This document shows, piece by piece, positions 19,212 through 30,700 of a DNA stretch of 64,000 bases (its first letter is position 1; each line of letters begins with the position of its first letter). The notes under the pieces were generated by a model. That model made no database searches. It saw nothing but the letters and a program-made list of their open reading frames with translations, and was not told where the DNA came from. Source of the DNA: an uncultured Gammaproteobacteria bacterium. Its GTDB lineage: Bacteria > Pseudomonadota > Gammaproteobacteria > UBA9214. Position numbers and translations under genes: made by a program. The DNA is taken from the NCBI GenBank assembly GCA_942491995.1, contig CALOCX010000002.1, forward strand, positions 35,758 through 99,757. The letters run 5' to 3'.

Positions 19212-20009
19212 CTAGGCAAACAGTTCCGCAAGCCGCTCGCCCGGCTCAGACGCCTTCATAAACGCCTCTCCTACCAGGAACGCATTCACGCCACGCGCGC
19301 GCATCAGGGCCACGTCCTCGACCGTGTGTATACCACTCTCGGTTACCACGATACGGTCTTCAGGAATGTGCTCCAGTAAATCCAGCGTCACATCCAGGCT
19401 GGTTTCAAAAGAACGCAGATCACGGTTATTTATCCCCAGCAAGGGTGCAGGAATCGCCAGCGCACGTTCCAGTTCACCGCCATCATGCACCTCAACCAGG
19501 GCATCCATGCCTAGATGACGGGTCAACTGTAACAACTCCAGTAACATGGCATCATTCAATGCCGCGACGATCAGCAGAACAGCATCAGCACCGAGCACCC
19601 GCGCCTCATACACCTGGTATGGATCAACAATAAAATCCTTGCGCAACACCGGCAGACCACAGGCTGCGCGCGCCTGTTGCAGGTAAGCGTCCGCACCCTT
19701 GAAAAAATCAATATCCGTCAGGACAGACAGACAGGCCGCTCCGCCTTTCTCATAACTCGCGGCTATCTGGCCAGGATCAAAATCCTCACGCAGCAGGCCA
19801 CGGCTTGGCGATGCCTTCTTTATCTCGGCAATGACAGCGGCCTGTCCTGTCTGCAGCTTTTCTTGCAAGCAGTTAATAAAACCGCGTGGCGTCCCCGCCT
19901 CCGCCACACCCCGAGCCAGTTCCTCCATGCCCGTGTTGCGAATACGCTCGTCGATTTCCTCGACCTTGCGTGCAAGAATACGTTTCAGTATATCCGGTGT
20001 ATCACTCAT
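19212..20009 (-). CDS. trpC: indole-3-glycerol phosphate synthase
   Basis: 265 aa. [13 protein letters not shown] is the TrpC N-terminus. Lies in trpEGDC order. Confidence 0.9.
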   Translation of the reverse strand: MSDTPDILKRILARKVEEIDERIRNTGMEELARGVAEAGTPRGFINCLQEKLQTGQAAVIAEIKKASPSRGLLREDFDPGQIAASYEKGGAACLSVLTDIDFFKGADAYLQQARAACGLPVLRKDFIVDPYQVYEARVLGADAVLLIVAALNDAMLLELLQLTRHLGMDALVEVHDGGELERALAIPAPLLGINNRDLRSFETSLDVTLDLLEHIPEDRIVVTESGIHTVEDVALMRARGVNAFLVGEAFMKASEPGERLAELFA

Positions 20010-20014
20010 AGCTG

Positions 20015-21031
20015 TCAGACCGTATTGGATGCCTTGATCAATGAAGCAAAGGTCTGTTTTGCCTTGCCGCTGGCGATCACCTCACTGGCCAGATCGACAC
20101 CCTGCTGCAGCGTTGCCATCAGGTCGGCAGCATAGATTGCCGCGCCGGCATTCAGGCAGACGATGTCACGAGCAGGACCGGGCCGGTTATCGAAAACAGC
20201 CTCGATCATTGCCAGGCTCTGTGCAGCATCTGCAACGGCAAGGCTATCAAGACCGGCACGCTGCATACCGAACTCCTCTGGTGTAATGGTATACGTTGAT
20301 ATCTCTCCGTTCCTGAGTTCCGCAACCCGTGTTGCTGCAGCAATACTGATTTCATCCAGACCGTCTTCGGCGTGCACAACAAGTACATGCTGACTGCCGA
20401 GCTGTTTGAGCACCTGCGCCAGCGGTTCAACCCAGTCCGAACTGAACACTCCGAGCACCTGGTTCGGTGCTCCGGCAGGGTTGGTCAATGGACCCAGCAG
20501 GTTGAACAAAGTCCGCACCCGCATTTCCTTGCGCGGACCAATAGCATGCTTCATGGCGCTGTGATGCTGCGGTGCAAACAGGAAGCCGACACCTACCTGG
20601 TCGATACAGGCCGCCACCTGTGCCGGATCAAGATCCAGTTTCACACCGGCCGCCTCCAGCACATCGGCACTGCCGGAACTGCTGGAAACCGAGCGATTGC
20701 CATGCTTTGCGACACGCCCGCCGGCGGCTGCAGTGACAATGGCACTCGCAGTGGAGATATTGAAAGTACTGGCACCGTCACCACCGGTGCCACAGGTATC
20801 CACCAGGTGTGGACCGGAGACGTCAACGGCAGTAGCCAGTTCACGCATGACCCTGGCCGCCGCCGCGATCTCGTCAACCGTTTCACCCTTCATGCGCAAA
20901 CCAACCAGGAAGCCTCCGATCTGTGCGGCTGTTGCCTGCCCGGTCATGATCGAGCGCATCACCATCTCCATCTCGTCGGCACTCAGATCGCGGCGATCGA
21001 TGACGGCCGCAATGGCTGTTGTAATATCCAT
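20015..21031 (-). CDS. trpD: anthranilate phosphoribosyltransferase
   Basis: 338 aa with the GTGGDG motif. Confidence 0.9.
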   Translation of the reverse strand: MDITTAIAAVIDRRDLSADEMEMVMRSIMTGQATAAQIGGFLVGLRMKGETVDEIAAAARVMRELATAVDVSGPHLVDTCGTGGDGASTFNISTASAIVTAAAGGRVAKHGNRSVSSSSGSADVLEAAGVKLDLDPAQVAACIDQVGVGFLFAPQHHSAMKHAIGPRKEMRVRTLFNLLGPLTNPAGAPNQVLGVFSSDWVEPLAQVLKQLGSQHVLVVHAEDGLDEISIAAATRVAELRNGEISTYTITPEEFGMQRAGLDSLAVADAAQSLAMIEAVFDNRPGPARDIVCLNAGAAIYAADLMATLQQGVDLASEVIASGKAKQTFASLIKASNTV

Positions 21032-21084
21032 TGATCTGTTCCTGTATTGATTAAACGACTAATCAGTCAAAAGCATACTGATGT

Positions 21085-21666
21085 TCACGTCATACTCAGA
21101 AAATTGCGCAGCAGGTCATGCCCGCAACCGGTCAAGATCGACTCCGGATGAAACTGCACGCCCTCTACCGCCAGCGTCTTGTGTCGCACACCCATAATTT
21201 CGTCCAGTTCTCCGTTGTCAGTCGTCGTCCAGGCGGTCACCTCCAGGCATTCGGGCAGAGTGGCCTGTTCGATCACCAGGGAATGATAACGCGTCGCCTC
21301 AAAGGGATTTGGCAGGCCGTTGAACACCCCCCTGTCGTTATGGGAAATCATGGAGGTCTTGCCATGCATGATCGCACGCGCATGTCCGATGTGACCGCCA
21401 AAGGCCTGACCGATACTTTGATGACCCAGGCACACGCCCAGAATAGGCACACGACCGGCGAACTGTTTTATGGTATCGATGGAAACACCGGCTTCATTCG
21501 GCGTGCACGGACCGGGTGAAATAACGATCTTCGCCGGTTTCAGGTCTTCTATTTCCTGCAGGGTAATCTGATCGTTTCGGTAAACGCGCACATCCGCGCC
21601 AAGTTCACCCAGGTACTGAACAAGGTTGTAGGTAAAGGAGTCATAATTATCGATCATGAGGAGCAT
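21085..21666 (-). CDS. trpG: anthranilate synthase component II (glutamine amidotransferase)
   Basis: 193 aa. [18 protein letters not shown], and the catalytic Cys in GVCLGHQ. Confidence 0.9.
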   Translation of the reverse strand: MLLMIDNYDSFTYNLVQYLGELGADVRVYRNDQITLQEIEDLKPAKIVISPGPCTPNEAGVSIDTIKQFAGRVPILGVCLGHQSIGQAFGGHIGHARAIMHGKTSMISHNDRGVFNGLPNPFEATRYHSLVIEQATLPECLEVTAWTTTDNGELDEIMGVRHKTLAVEGVQFHPESILTGCGHDLLRNFLSMT

Positions 21667-21668
21667 AC

Positions 21669-23156
21669 TCAGTGCCTCCCTTCAAGTCCGCGACAGGCCA
21701 TGGCCACCGCACGGAATATCGCGCGCCCCTTGTTCATGGTTTCTTCCCATTCATTAGCAGGTACAGAGTCCGCGACAATTCCCGCTCCGGCCTGAATATG
21801 CAGGGTTCCATCCTTGATAACAGCAGTACGAATCGCGATCGCCGTGTCCATGTTTCCCGACCATGACAGATAACCCACTGCACCGGCATAGACACCCCGC
21901 TTGACCGGTTCCAGTTCATCGATTATTTCCATGGCACGAATTTTCGGCGCACCACTCACCGTGCCGGCCGGGAAGGTCGCTCGCAGTACATCTATCGCGC
22001 TCATGCCTGGCTGAATGCGGCCAATGACATTGGAAACGATGTGCATGACGTGCGAGTAACGTTCGATGACCATCTTCTCTGTCAACTCGACACTACCCAC
22101 CTTGCTGACCCGTCCGACATCGTTCCGTCCAAGATCGATCAGCATCAGGTGTTCGGCCAGTTCTTTCGGATCTGCCAGCAAATCAAGTTCCAGCATCTTG
22201 TCTTCCGCCTCATCCCTGCCACGCGGGCGGGTACCGGCAATCGGCCTTACTGTCACCACATCATCTTCAAGGTGCACCAGTATCTCGGGCGAGGACCCAA
22301 CGACCTGGAAGTCCCCGAGATTCAGGTAGTACATATAGGGTGACGGATTAAGGTTACGCAATGCGCGGTACAGGTCCAGCGGTGGCGCTGCATACGCTAC
22401 AGACATGCGCTGTGACAGCACCACCTGCATGGCATCGCCTTCCACGATGTAATCCTTGATTCTGCCGACTGCCGCCTCAAAGCCTTCACGCGTGAAACCG
22501 GAAATAAAATCGGTTTCCTCGATCGCCTGATTACCTCCAATATGCGTTTCATAGCCGGACGCTACCAGCCGTAACCGGGTTTCCAGTTCATCCAGTCGGG
22601 CATGACCCTGTGCCCAGGCATCACCCGCTTCGGGATCGACGTGCACAATCAATTGCAGGGTACCTGCGAGATTATCGAAGACCAGCAGTTCATCCGACAC
22701 CATCAGCAGGATATCCGGACAACCTATCAGGTCCGGCTTGTTGAATGTGCCCAGTCGAGGTTCGATATAGCGCACGGTGTCATAACCGAAATAGCCGACC
22801 AGGCCGCCGTTAAAGCGCGGCAAGTCCGGTAACTCCGGAGCCCGGTAGCGCGACTGAAAGGTCTCTATCCATGCCAGCGGGTCATCACAACAGCTCGTTT
22901 CAACCACGACGCCATCCTGCAGCAACGTGACATCGTGATCATTGATGCACAATACTGTCGAACACGGCAGTCCGATGATGGAATAACGCCCCCATTTTTC
23001 GCCGCCATGAACAGACTCAAACAGGTAGGAGTATGGCTTGTCAGCCAGCTTTATAAAGGTACTGACGGGGGTATCGAGGTCAGCAAGCACTTCACGGCTT
23101 ACAGGAATGCGATTGTACCCCTGGCTGGCCAGGGCTTTGAATTGTTCAGGTGTCAT
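21669..23156 (-). CDS. trpE: anthranilate synthase component I
   Basis: Chorismate-binding enzyme signature. The start is taken at MTPEQFKAL. Confidence 0.9.
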   Translation of the reverse strand: MTPEQFKALASQGYNRIPVSREVLADLDTPVSTFIKLADKPYSYLFESVHGGEKWGRYSIIGLPCSTVLCINDHDVTLLQDGVVVETSCCDDPLAWIETFQSRYRAPELPDLPRFNGGLVGYFGYDTVRYIEPRLGTFNKPDLIGCPDILLMVSDELLVFDNLAGTLQLIVHVDPEAGDAWAQGHARLDELETRLRLVASGYETHIGGNQAIEETDFISGFTREGFEAAVGRIKDYIVEGDAMQVVLSQRMSVAYAAPPLDLYRALRNLNPSPYMYYLNLGDFQVVGSSPEILVHLEDDVVTVRPIAGTRPRGRDEAEDKMLELDLLADPKELAEHLMLIDLGRNDVGRVSKVGSVELTEKMVIERYSHVMHIVSNVIGRIQPGMSAIDVLRATFPAGTVSGAPKIRAMEIIDELEPVKRGVYAGAVGYLSWSGNMDTAIAIRTAVIKDGTLHIQAGAGIVADSVPANEWEETMNKGRAIFRAVAMACRGLEGRH

Positions 23157-23279
23157 TACACTCACTTTTGAGAAAACCGGGTTGCACAAGGCGGCAAATC
23201 GAACAGCAGGCATTCTGCCGCCATCGACTGCTGACACGGTGCTGCGTCAGGTTTAACTCTCCAGTGAATTGCATGTTCT

Positions 23280-23954
23280 TCAGGCGGCCTGTTCCAGTAA
23301 TGGCATGATTTCTGTCAGGGTGTCGATCACAGCGTCAGGTGCCGCCTCACGTATATCAACACCGTGATTATAACCATAACTCATGCAAACAATCTGGAAC
23401 CCGGCAGCCCGCGCGGCGGCTACGTCACTGACAGAGTCCCCGATCATCATGGCATCGGCCGGCTGACAGCCAAGTAGTTTCGCAGCGTGCAATAACGGCG
23501 CCGGATCCGGTTTCTTTTTCGTCAAGGTATCACCGCTGATGACAATAGAGAAATCATCATAGATACCGAGATCCTTTAACAGCGGCTCGGTAAATCGTGC
23601 CGCCTTGTTGGTCACGCAGCCGAGGCTGTAATTCGCCGCCTTCAGCCTGTCAAGACCCTCACGGACACCGGGATAGAGGCAGGAGCGCCTGGACGTGTTC
23701 TCTGCGTACAGCTCGAGGAATATCGGGTAGGCACGTTCGAAATCCGCCTCATCCGGTTCACCTCGCAGCGCCCCGACCAATGCCCTTCTGACGAGCCGTT
23801 CGACACCATTGCCCACCCAGTCGCGTACCCGTACTTCACCATGAGGCTCACGTCCGAGCACCGTCATCATCTCATCCACGCAATAGGCGAGATCCGGGAC
23901 GCTGTCGACCAGCGTACCGTCGACATCAATCAGAATCATCTCGGGTTTGCGCAT
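23280..23954 (-). CDS. gph: phosphoglycolate phosphatase (HAD)
   Basis: ILIDVDGTLVDS is HAD motif I. Overlaps the rpe stop. rpe-gph-trp synteny. Confidence 0.8.
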   Translation of the reverse strand: MRKPEMILIDVDGTLVDSVPDLAYCVDEMMTVLGREPHGEVRVRDWVGNGVERLVRRALVGALRGEPDEADFERAYPIFLELYAENTSRRSCLYPGVREGLDRLKAANYSLGCVTNKAARFTEPLLKDLGIYDDFSIVISGDTLTKKKPDPAPLLHAAKLLGCQPADAMMIGDSVSDVAAARAAGFQIVCMSYGYNHGVDIREAAPDAVIDTLTEIMPLLEQAA

Positions 23955-23964
23955 CACGTCAGCC

Positions 23965-24639
23965 TCAGGCAACGGCCTTGGCAATCTCGGCGCGCATGGA
24001 ATCAATGGTCGCCTTGTAGTCATCTGCACCGAATATTGCAGAGCCGGCAACAAAGGTATCCGCACCGGCGGCGGCAATTTCGCCGATATTGTCCACCTTC
24101 ACACCACCATCGATCTCCAGCCGGATATCCAGACCACTGTCATCAATGATCTTGCGGGCCTCACGCAGTTTAACCAGCGCTTCGGGAATAAAACTTTGCC
24201 CGCCAAACCCGGGGTTGACCGACATCAGCAGAATCATGTCGACCTTGTCGATCACATGCTTCAGGTAATCCAGCGGAGTTGCAGGATTAAAAACCAGGCC
24301 GGATTTACACCCGCTTTCGCGTATCAGCATCAGCGAACGGTCAATGTGCTCACTCGCCTCCGGGTGAAAGGTAATGTAGGTGGCGCCTGCCTTGGCAAAA
24401 TCAGGGATAATCCGGTCCACCGGCTTCACCATCAGGTGCACGTCAATATCAGCAGTGACACCGTGGTTGCGCAGTGCCTCGCATACCAGCGGCCCAATCG
24501 TCAGATTAGGCACATAATGATTGTCCATGACATCAAAATGCACAATATCTGCACCGGCATCCAGAACGTGTGTAACCTCGTCTCCCAGGCGGGCAAAATC
24601 CGCTGACAGTATCGATGGTGCAATCTTGTAATCGGCCAT
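23965..24639 (-). CDS. rpe: ribulose-phosphate 3-epimerase
   Basis: 224 aa. [14 protein letters not shown]...[14 protein letters not shown] are the Rpe motifs. Confidence 0.9.
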   Translation of the reverse strand: MADYKIAPSILSADFARLGDEVTHVLDAGADIVHFDVMDNHYVPNLTIGPLVCEALRNHGVTADIDVHLMVKPVDRIIPDFAKAGATYITFHPEASEHIDRSLMLIRESGCKSGLVFNPATPLDYLKHVIDKVDMILLMSVNPGFGGQSFIPEALVKLREARKIIDDSGLDIRLEIDGGVKVDNIGEIAAAGADTFVAGSAIFGADDYKATIDSMRAEIAKAVA

Positions 24640-25100
24640 GTTGTTGTCCTCACTCGGAATTTCAAAGGGGTATGCGTAAAAATTTGAAGGCGCACTTTAA
24701 CCCAACAGGGCGGAATTTTCAGCATATAGGGGCCAGAAAATGGCTAAATAAATGCCCGGCCACTCCTGGCATTCATCTCAGCCTGCCGCTGTGACACGCG
24801 CTGGCTGCATTCCTGCTTTCTTTTTAAATGCAAACAGTTATGGGGCATTCTAACAAGCAGCCTGAGAACAAAACGTCACACCCGTAGCATCGTATTTGAA
24901 AAAGGTGATAACCGACAGCAAGGGCCAGACTACCGGGCCAAGCTGTCCAGCAGTCAAACTCGAAAATTAGCCAATACTGAACTGCTTGCCAAGCATGGAT
25001 GCAAGTTTTATAAATGGCGCTATAGCAATCAATTATCACAACATCACTATCCGGCTTGCATCAAACGAGTTGGCAACCTGACCATAAGGGAGAAATTGAA

Positions 25101-25388
25101 ATGGCAAAAACATATCAACCCCGCCTCGGTGACTGGTACCGTTCGATCAATGGAGACAAATTTGAAATTGTTGCACTCGACGAAGATGTTGACACCATGG
25201 AGATCCAGCATTTTGATGGCGCCATCGAGGAAATCGATTTTGACAGCTGGAATGAAATGGAGGTCATCCCGATTGAGCCGCCGGAGGACTGGTCAGGGTC
25301 ACTGGATATTGAGCGGGAGGATTATGGTGTTGACCTTGAATTGACGTCCCCGAACGATCATATCAATCCACTGGACGAGGTTGACTAA
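25101..25388 (+). CDS. small acidic hypothetical protein (it has a paralog at 37398..37628)
   Basis: AAGGGAGA as SD before MAKTYQ. It shares the GxWY...I...DS-W motif with the 76-aa ORF at 37398. Confidence 0.5.
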   Translation: MAKTYQPRLGDWYRSINGDKFEIVALDEDVDTMEIQHFDGAIEEIDFDSWNEMEVIPIEPPEDWSGSLDIEREDYGVDLELTSPNDHINPLDEVD

Positions 25389-25505
25389 CCCCACCACCAC
25401 CTGGAAAGCATATAAAAACAGTCCCTGACCAGACAGGTTAAATAGCACTTAACCGCCTCTGCCTGCTGCCGATAGCCTTGTTAAGGCAACCGCAGGAGAG
25501 GCATC

Positions 25506-25700
25506 ATGGCAGCTATTTATGAAATCGAGAGCGGCACAATCGTGTCGGAAAACAGCGGCATTACCACCATCAAGAACCATGACCAGCTGCCGGAATATGG
25601 CGTTGCCCTGCAGCAGGTTGAGACCACAAGCACAGCTGCAAAGCCCGGTCCCTGTGACGAGTATATGAGCATCATCCGGGAATTGCTGAGAGATCTCTGA
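25506..25700 (+). CDS. small hypothetical protein (64 aa)
   Basis: AGGAGAGG as SD, 5 nt before the ATG. It is preferred over the overlapping minus-strand ORF at 25449..25706. Confidence 0.4.
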   Translation: MAAIYEIESGTIVSENSGITTIKNHDQLPEYGVALQQVETTSTAAKPGPCDEYMSIIRELLRDL

Positions 25701-25702
25701 GT

Positions 25703-26500
25703 TCACTCACCGACGCGCAACAACAAACCGCGCTGACGCGCACTGTTAAACGCAAGCAGGAATGCACCTGCTCCCAGCAGCAGGTAAATAATATTCAAGG
25801 CGGCGGCCTGCCACATCAGGTCGCCGCGAAAATCGTGTTCAAACATCAGCGCACGCATTCCCTCGAACACGTGACTGGACGGCAGGAACCAGGCGACTCG
25901 CTGAAGCCATTCCGGCAACACCGCTATCGGGTAGTAGATACCACTGATGGGCGCAATCGCAAAAATCGACACCCAGGCAAAACTTTCTGCACCCAGCCCG
26001 AAGCGCAGTACCAGCCCTGATACCAGCAGGCCGATCGCCCACCCCATCACCAGCAAACTCGCAAAAAATCCGAGCAGCGGCAAACCCAGCCCGAAAATTG
26101 AAAAGTCATACAGCGGAATTGCCAGCAAGGCTGCACCGCCGATACCTGTCAGCGTACGCAGCAGGCTAATGGTCAGTAATGCGCCAATCAGTTCGGACAC
26201 CCGCAAGGGACTGACGAAAAGGTGACCCAGGTTGCGAGAATACATCTCCTCGAAGAATGCCAGTGACACACCCAGGTGCGCACGAAACAGGACATCCCAG
26301 AGCAACACGGCCGCCATCAACACACCGGAAGCCTGGGCGACCCAGGTGCTGTTGGTCACGAAAAATTGACTGATGAACCCCCACAATATCAATTGCACGG
26401 CGGGCCAGTAAAACAGTTCCAGGATGCGCGGCCAGGAACCCCGCAGCAGATAGATATAGCGCAGCACCATGGCATAGATACGCTCCATTGACTTCATCAA
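25703..26500 (-). CDS. ABC-2 type transporter permease
   Basis: 265 aa with six predicted TM helices. Overlaps the ATPase gene stop. Confidence 0.8.
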   Translation of the reverse strand: MMKSMERIYAMVLRYIYLLRGSWPRILELFYWPAVQLILWGFISQFFVTNSTWVAQASGVLMAAVLLWDVLFRAHLGVSLAFFEEMYSRNLGHLFVSPLRVSELIGALLTISLLRTLTGIGGAALLAIPLYDFSIFGLGLPLLGFFASLLVMGWAIGLLVSGLVLRFGLGAESFAWVSIFAIAPISGIYYPIAVLPEWLQRVAWFLPSSHVFEGMRALMFEHDFRGDLMWQAAALNIIYLLLGAGAFLLAFNSARQRGLLLRVGE

Positions 26501-27255
26501 TCAGGCACCGCATTCCCGACCCGTCCGGTATCACGGGCAACATCAATGAACACGTCTTCCAGGGTGGCGCGTCCATAACGCCGCAACAGAAAATCCGGTG
26601 ACCCACGGTCAACCAGCCGTCCGCTGCGCATCATGATTACATCATCACAGAGACGCTCGACCTCCAGCATATTATGCGTTGCCATCAGCAGTGTCGCACC
26701 ACTGTCTTGCTGGTAGTCACGCAATAACTGGCGGATAGATGCAGCCGTATCGGGGTCGAGCGAGGCCGTCGGTTCGTCAAGCAAGAGTACTTCAGGCCTG
26801 TTCAGCAGTGACTTGGCCAGTGCCACGCGCGTCTTTTGTCCAGCCGAGAGTGAACCGCAGGCACGATCCATGAAAGCAACAATATCAAGCTGGGCGGCCA
26901 GATCCACAAGACGCTGTTTCAGCTGTTTTATTCCATACAAACGACCGTAGATCGAGAGGTTCTCCCTGACCGTCAGCCGCTGCGGCAGATCCACATAGGG
27001 TGAGGAGAAGTTGATGCGACCCAGCACCTGGTAGCGTTGCTTGCGCATATCCGTACCGAGAATAGAAAGCCTGCCCGCTGACGGCAGTAACAGCCCCAGC
27101 AGCATTGACAACACGGTTGTTTTACCAGCGCCGTTGCCACCCAGCAATGCACAGATAGTACCACCGTCAATACTGAAACTGACGGCATCAACGGCCAGCA
27201 CATCATCGTAGTACTTGCTAACCGCCTGCAATTCAATCACCGCCGAGCTTGTCAC
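26497..27255 (-). CDS. ABC transporter ATP-binding protein
   Basis: Walker A GGNGAGKTT, signature LSAGQKTRV, Walker B LLLDEP. The probable GTG start overlaps the Rieske stop (GTGA). Confidence 0.85.
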   Translation of the reverse strand: MTSSAVIELQAVSKYYDDVLAVDAVSFSIDGGTICALLGGNGAGKTTVLSMLLGLLLPSAGRLSILGTDMRKQRYQVLGRINFSSPYVDLPQRLTVRENLSIYGRLYGIKQLKQRLVDLAAQLDIVAFMDRACGSLSAGQKTRVALAKSLLNRPEVLLLDEPTASLDPDTAASIRQLLRDYQQDSGATLLMATHNMLEVERLCDDVIMMRSGRLVDRGSPDFLLRRYGRATLEDVFIDVARDTGRVGNAVPD

Positions 27256-27256
27256 G

Positions 27257-27622
27257 TCAGCAGCTGTCCTTGGGGAAATCACGAGGCAGCACCACGACCT
27301 CACCGGCATCGACAGCCACCGGTACTGACGTTAGCCGGTCCCCCGCACAGGGGCCTGCGACACAGTAACCATCAGTTATACGGAACAAAGCCGCATGCGT
27401 TGCACACTGGATGTAGTCCTTGTCGAGACTCAGGAACTGGTCTGGCATCCAGTCCAGGGGGGCACCCGTATGTGGGCAGCTGTTCAGGTAAGCGAAAACC
27501 TGCTGTCCGAGGCGCACAATAAATACGTCGCGCAACTGTCCATTCACACCCATCACCAGCCCGCGGCTATCGGGGTCATTTAACGCATCAAGCTGACAGA
27601 CAACCGTCCGGCCGGGCATATT
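27257..27622 (-). CDS. Rieske [2Fe-2S] domain protein
   Basis: CPHTGAPL ... CATHAALF are the Rieske CxH...CxxH ligands. Confidence 0.7.
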   Translation of the reverse strand, partial: NMPGRTVVCQLDALNDPDSRGLVMGVNGQLRDVFIVRLGQQVFAYLNSCPHTGAPLDWMPDQFLSLDKDYIQCATHAALFRITDGYCVAGPCAGDRLTSVPVAVDAGEVVVLPRDFPKDSC

Positions 27623-27771
27623 CATTGACCGGGTGGCCAGACATCGATTGCTGCTGGCAGGCGCTTGCAAGGATAATGAAGTCCAGACATACCGGCAGAC
27701 TACGGGCGTCTGCGGTTTTGTCAACCACTGGCAAAGACCGGGAGTTGGCTAAACAGTTTTACAGCGCGTGT

Positions 27772-30700
27772 TCAGTGCTCGCGGACAACACGAAATCCGA
27801 GGTTGTCGAGACGTGTATCCTGGTCATATTGGCTGCGCTTGGCATTGCGCAGTGAGTCTAGCGGACTGGTGTAGGCGCCGCCCCGTACGACCCGCATGGC
27901 GCATTCGGGAAACTGCCATGAGCTGCCATCTACCGGTGCACCATGGTAGCTGCCATGATAACAGTCAGACGTCCATTCCTGGACATTGCCGGTTACATCA
28001 TGCAGGCCGAAATCATTGGCTTCAAAGCTGCCCACAGGTGCCGTGCGCAGACTGTCCCACTCACTGCCACAGTCAAAGCAATTTGCATGAAGATTGTTAC
28101 TGTCATCATGCCACCAGAAACTGGCGACACTGCCGGCACGGGTGAAATACTCCCACTCGGCTTCTGATGGCAAACGGTATATCTGCCCTGTCTGCTCTGT
28201 AAGCCAGCGGGCATAGGCACGCGCATCATCCCAGGAAACATTGATCACCGGGCGCCCGCCACGGCCCCAGGACTCGTCATAAGGCAGCCGACGACCTGTC
28301 GCTCGCGCAAACCTGTCATATTCTTCGAATGTAACTTCATATTTACCGACAGAAAAGGCAGCCACATTCACCCGATGCCGCGGCCCCTCGTCAAAATTCA
28401 GAGAATTTCCAACACTACCCATTTCATAGCTGCCAGCCGGCAGCTCAACCATCACCGGACCCTGGCCACCAAGCTGGAGCTTTTCACGGTAGGAACGGCC
28501 GGCGACTACAGGCGCCAGGGACATCACGTCAACAGCCTCATCAGCCTGTGGTTGTAACTGTTCCTTATCAGGTACTGACGTCTGTACCGTGACATGTTCC
28601 ACAGCCGGCGGAGATTCCTGAACAGTTGCCGCAACTTGCTCGATTTCCATTTCCACAGACGCGGCGGCCGGTTGTACTTCAGTTGCAGGTGATTCACTGA
28701 TAACAATCGCTTCGGGTTCAGCCACCGGCTGCGTAACAACGGGTAATTGTCGCCCTGCGTCGTTGTCAAACAGCGGGACATCCACACCGAAAAACAGCCA
28801 GCCAGCCAGCGCACACGCAGTCACTGTACACAACCCGATTGCAGCACCAAGCCAGCGCCACTGCTTGTTTTCACGCCTGTCATCTACCGCGGAACGCTTC
28901 TGGCTGTCCTGCTCCCGGTCCACCGGGGTTACTGGCAATACTGCCTGCCGTGCTTTCGGTCCAGGCCCCGGGTGCCCGGATACTGCTTCAAGCTTGTCAA
29001 GGGACGGTACATGTAGCGGCTCGCTCGACACCTCCCCGGAATCCAGTTGCTGCCGGAGCGCGTCACGTTCCTGCTGCAGCTTGTCGCGAGCGGCTTCCGC
29101 CTCGGCTCTCAAGCGCAACGCAATCTCAACGTTCTTCTTGCTTTCATTCAGCTCATTGCGTAATTTTGCGGGGTCTTCGACCTGTTCGCCAACCCCCATA
29201 AGACCACGTGCGACCTCTACCTCACCACGCAAGGCATTCATCCTGTCGCGCAGTGACTGCTGCTCCTCAAGCGCTGCATCCCGTTCTTCTGTGTACTGCT
29301 TGAGCTGTGATTCGAGCTGTGAAATAGTTGCTACCGCCTGCCGGTTTTGTTCTTCCATCAAGTCGACATCGACCTTCCTGCGGTCTTTTTCCTGACGGGC
29401 GAGCACGGCAATTTCTTCGTGTGCCTTTTTCAGTTCCTGCTGAAGCCTGTCAATCTGGTCTTCAGTTTCTACATGCTCTGCAAGCAGTTCCCGGACGCGT
29501 TCCTGCTCCTCCTGTCTTGCTGCATTGCGGGCCTGCTCAATAGCACCATTATGATTGGACAGATTTGTTTCATGCTCTGTCGCGATTGAAGCAAGCTGCT
29601 CCTTCAACTCGCGCTGGCGTGCGGCCATCTCAGACCGCTCTTCCGCACGTGCCTGCCGTTCAGCATGCAGTTGTTCCCGCAAATTATCGACATCTTCACG
29701 CGCACCTTCGCGGTCCTTCTGATGGTCCGTCGTCTGTTGCTCGACTTTTTTTCGCAGCCTGTCTATTTGCCCCTGCAGCTCTTTTTCATTGTCGTTTTTG
29801 CGTGTCAGGTCCTCATGCGCTTTCTGCACAGACAACTTGTTCTCTTCCTCGAGCGCCTTCGCCCGTTCTTCCTGCTGTTCGAGCTGCAGACGCAGGTCGC
29901 TCAGCTGCTGTTGTAATATGTCACGTTCCTGCTGAAATGCTTCAGACTCACTCCCGTGCAGTGCCAGCTGTTCCTGCAGAGAACTCAGATGCGCATCCTT
30001 TTCCTCATTTGACTGTTCAACAGCACTTGTCTTTTCCCTGGCCTCCTGCAACTGCGACTGTAACTGCTGGAGTTGCTCATTCGAAGCAGATGCCAGTGAC
30101 TCCGCCTCCTGTTTCAGTGACTCTATCCCGCTTTGCAGTTGCTGTTTCTGCGCCTCACTATCAGCGTGTTGTTGCTGTAGCTGTTCACGCTCCGCCATCA
30201 CGGCCTGCAACTCATCATCCTGTCTGGACCGATCCTGCTTGAGTTCAAGCTGCTTGATCTCAAGTTGCTCAATCCTTTCATTTGATTTGTCGAGCTGTGC
30301 TTTAAGTTCTGCCTCAAGTGCAGACTTGTCTTCGCTGGATTGCAGCAACGCCAGTGACAACTCCTCGCGGAGCGTGGTCACAACCTGCTGCTCGCCATCC
30401 AGCACCTGCTGCAACGCAGCCCGCTCGGCCTCCCATTCCGACTGCTGCCGCTGGGCGGCCTCTTCCGAGGCCTGCCTGTCTGCCAGCAGGTTTTCCAGCT
30501 GCTCCCTTTGCTCTTCCTGTTGCACACCGGCATCACGCAATTCGGTGCGTAATATCTCGTTATCCCGCTGCAGCGCCTGCAGCTGGCCCGAGAGTGCAGA
30601 GTTGTCTGCCTCCAGTCCGGACACCTGCCCCGATTTCTCATTGAGTTGCGCCGAAACCTCGGCAAACTCATGCTTGAGATGGTCAAGTTCCTCTCTTAAA

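Noticed and set aside
25449-25706. 85-aa minus-strand ORF overlapping the 64-aa plus-strand ORF
   Set aside because: It has a GTG start immediately after the ABC permease stop and no SD. The plus-strand alternative has a strong GGAGAGG SD. Neither is certain.
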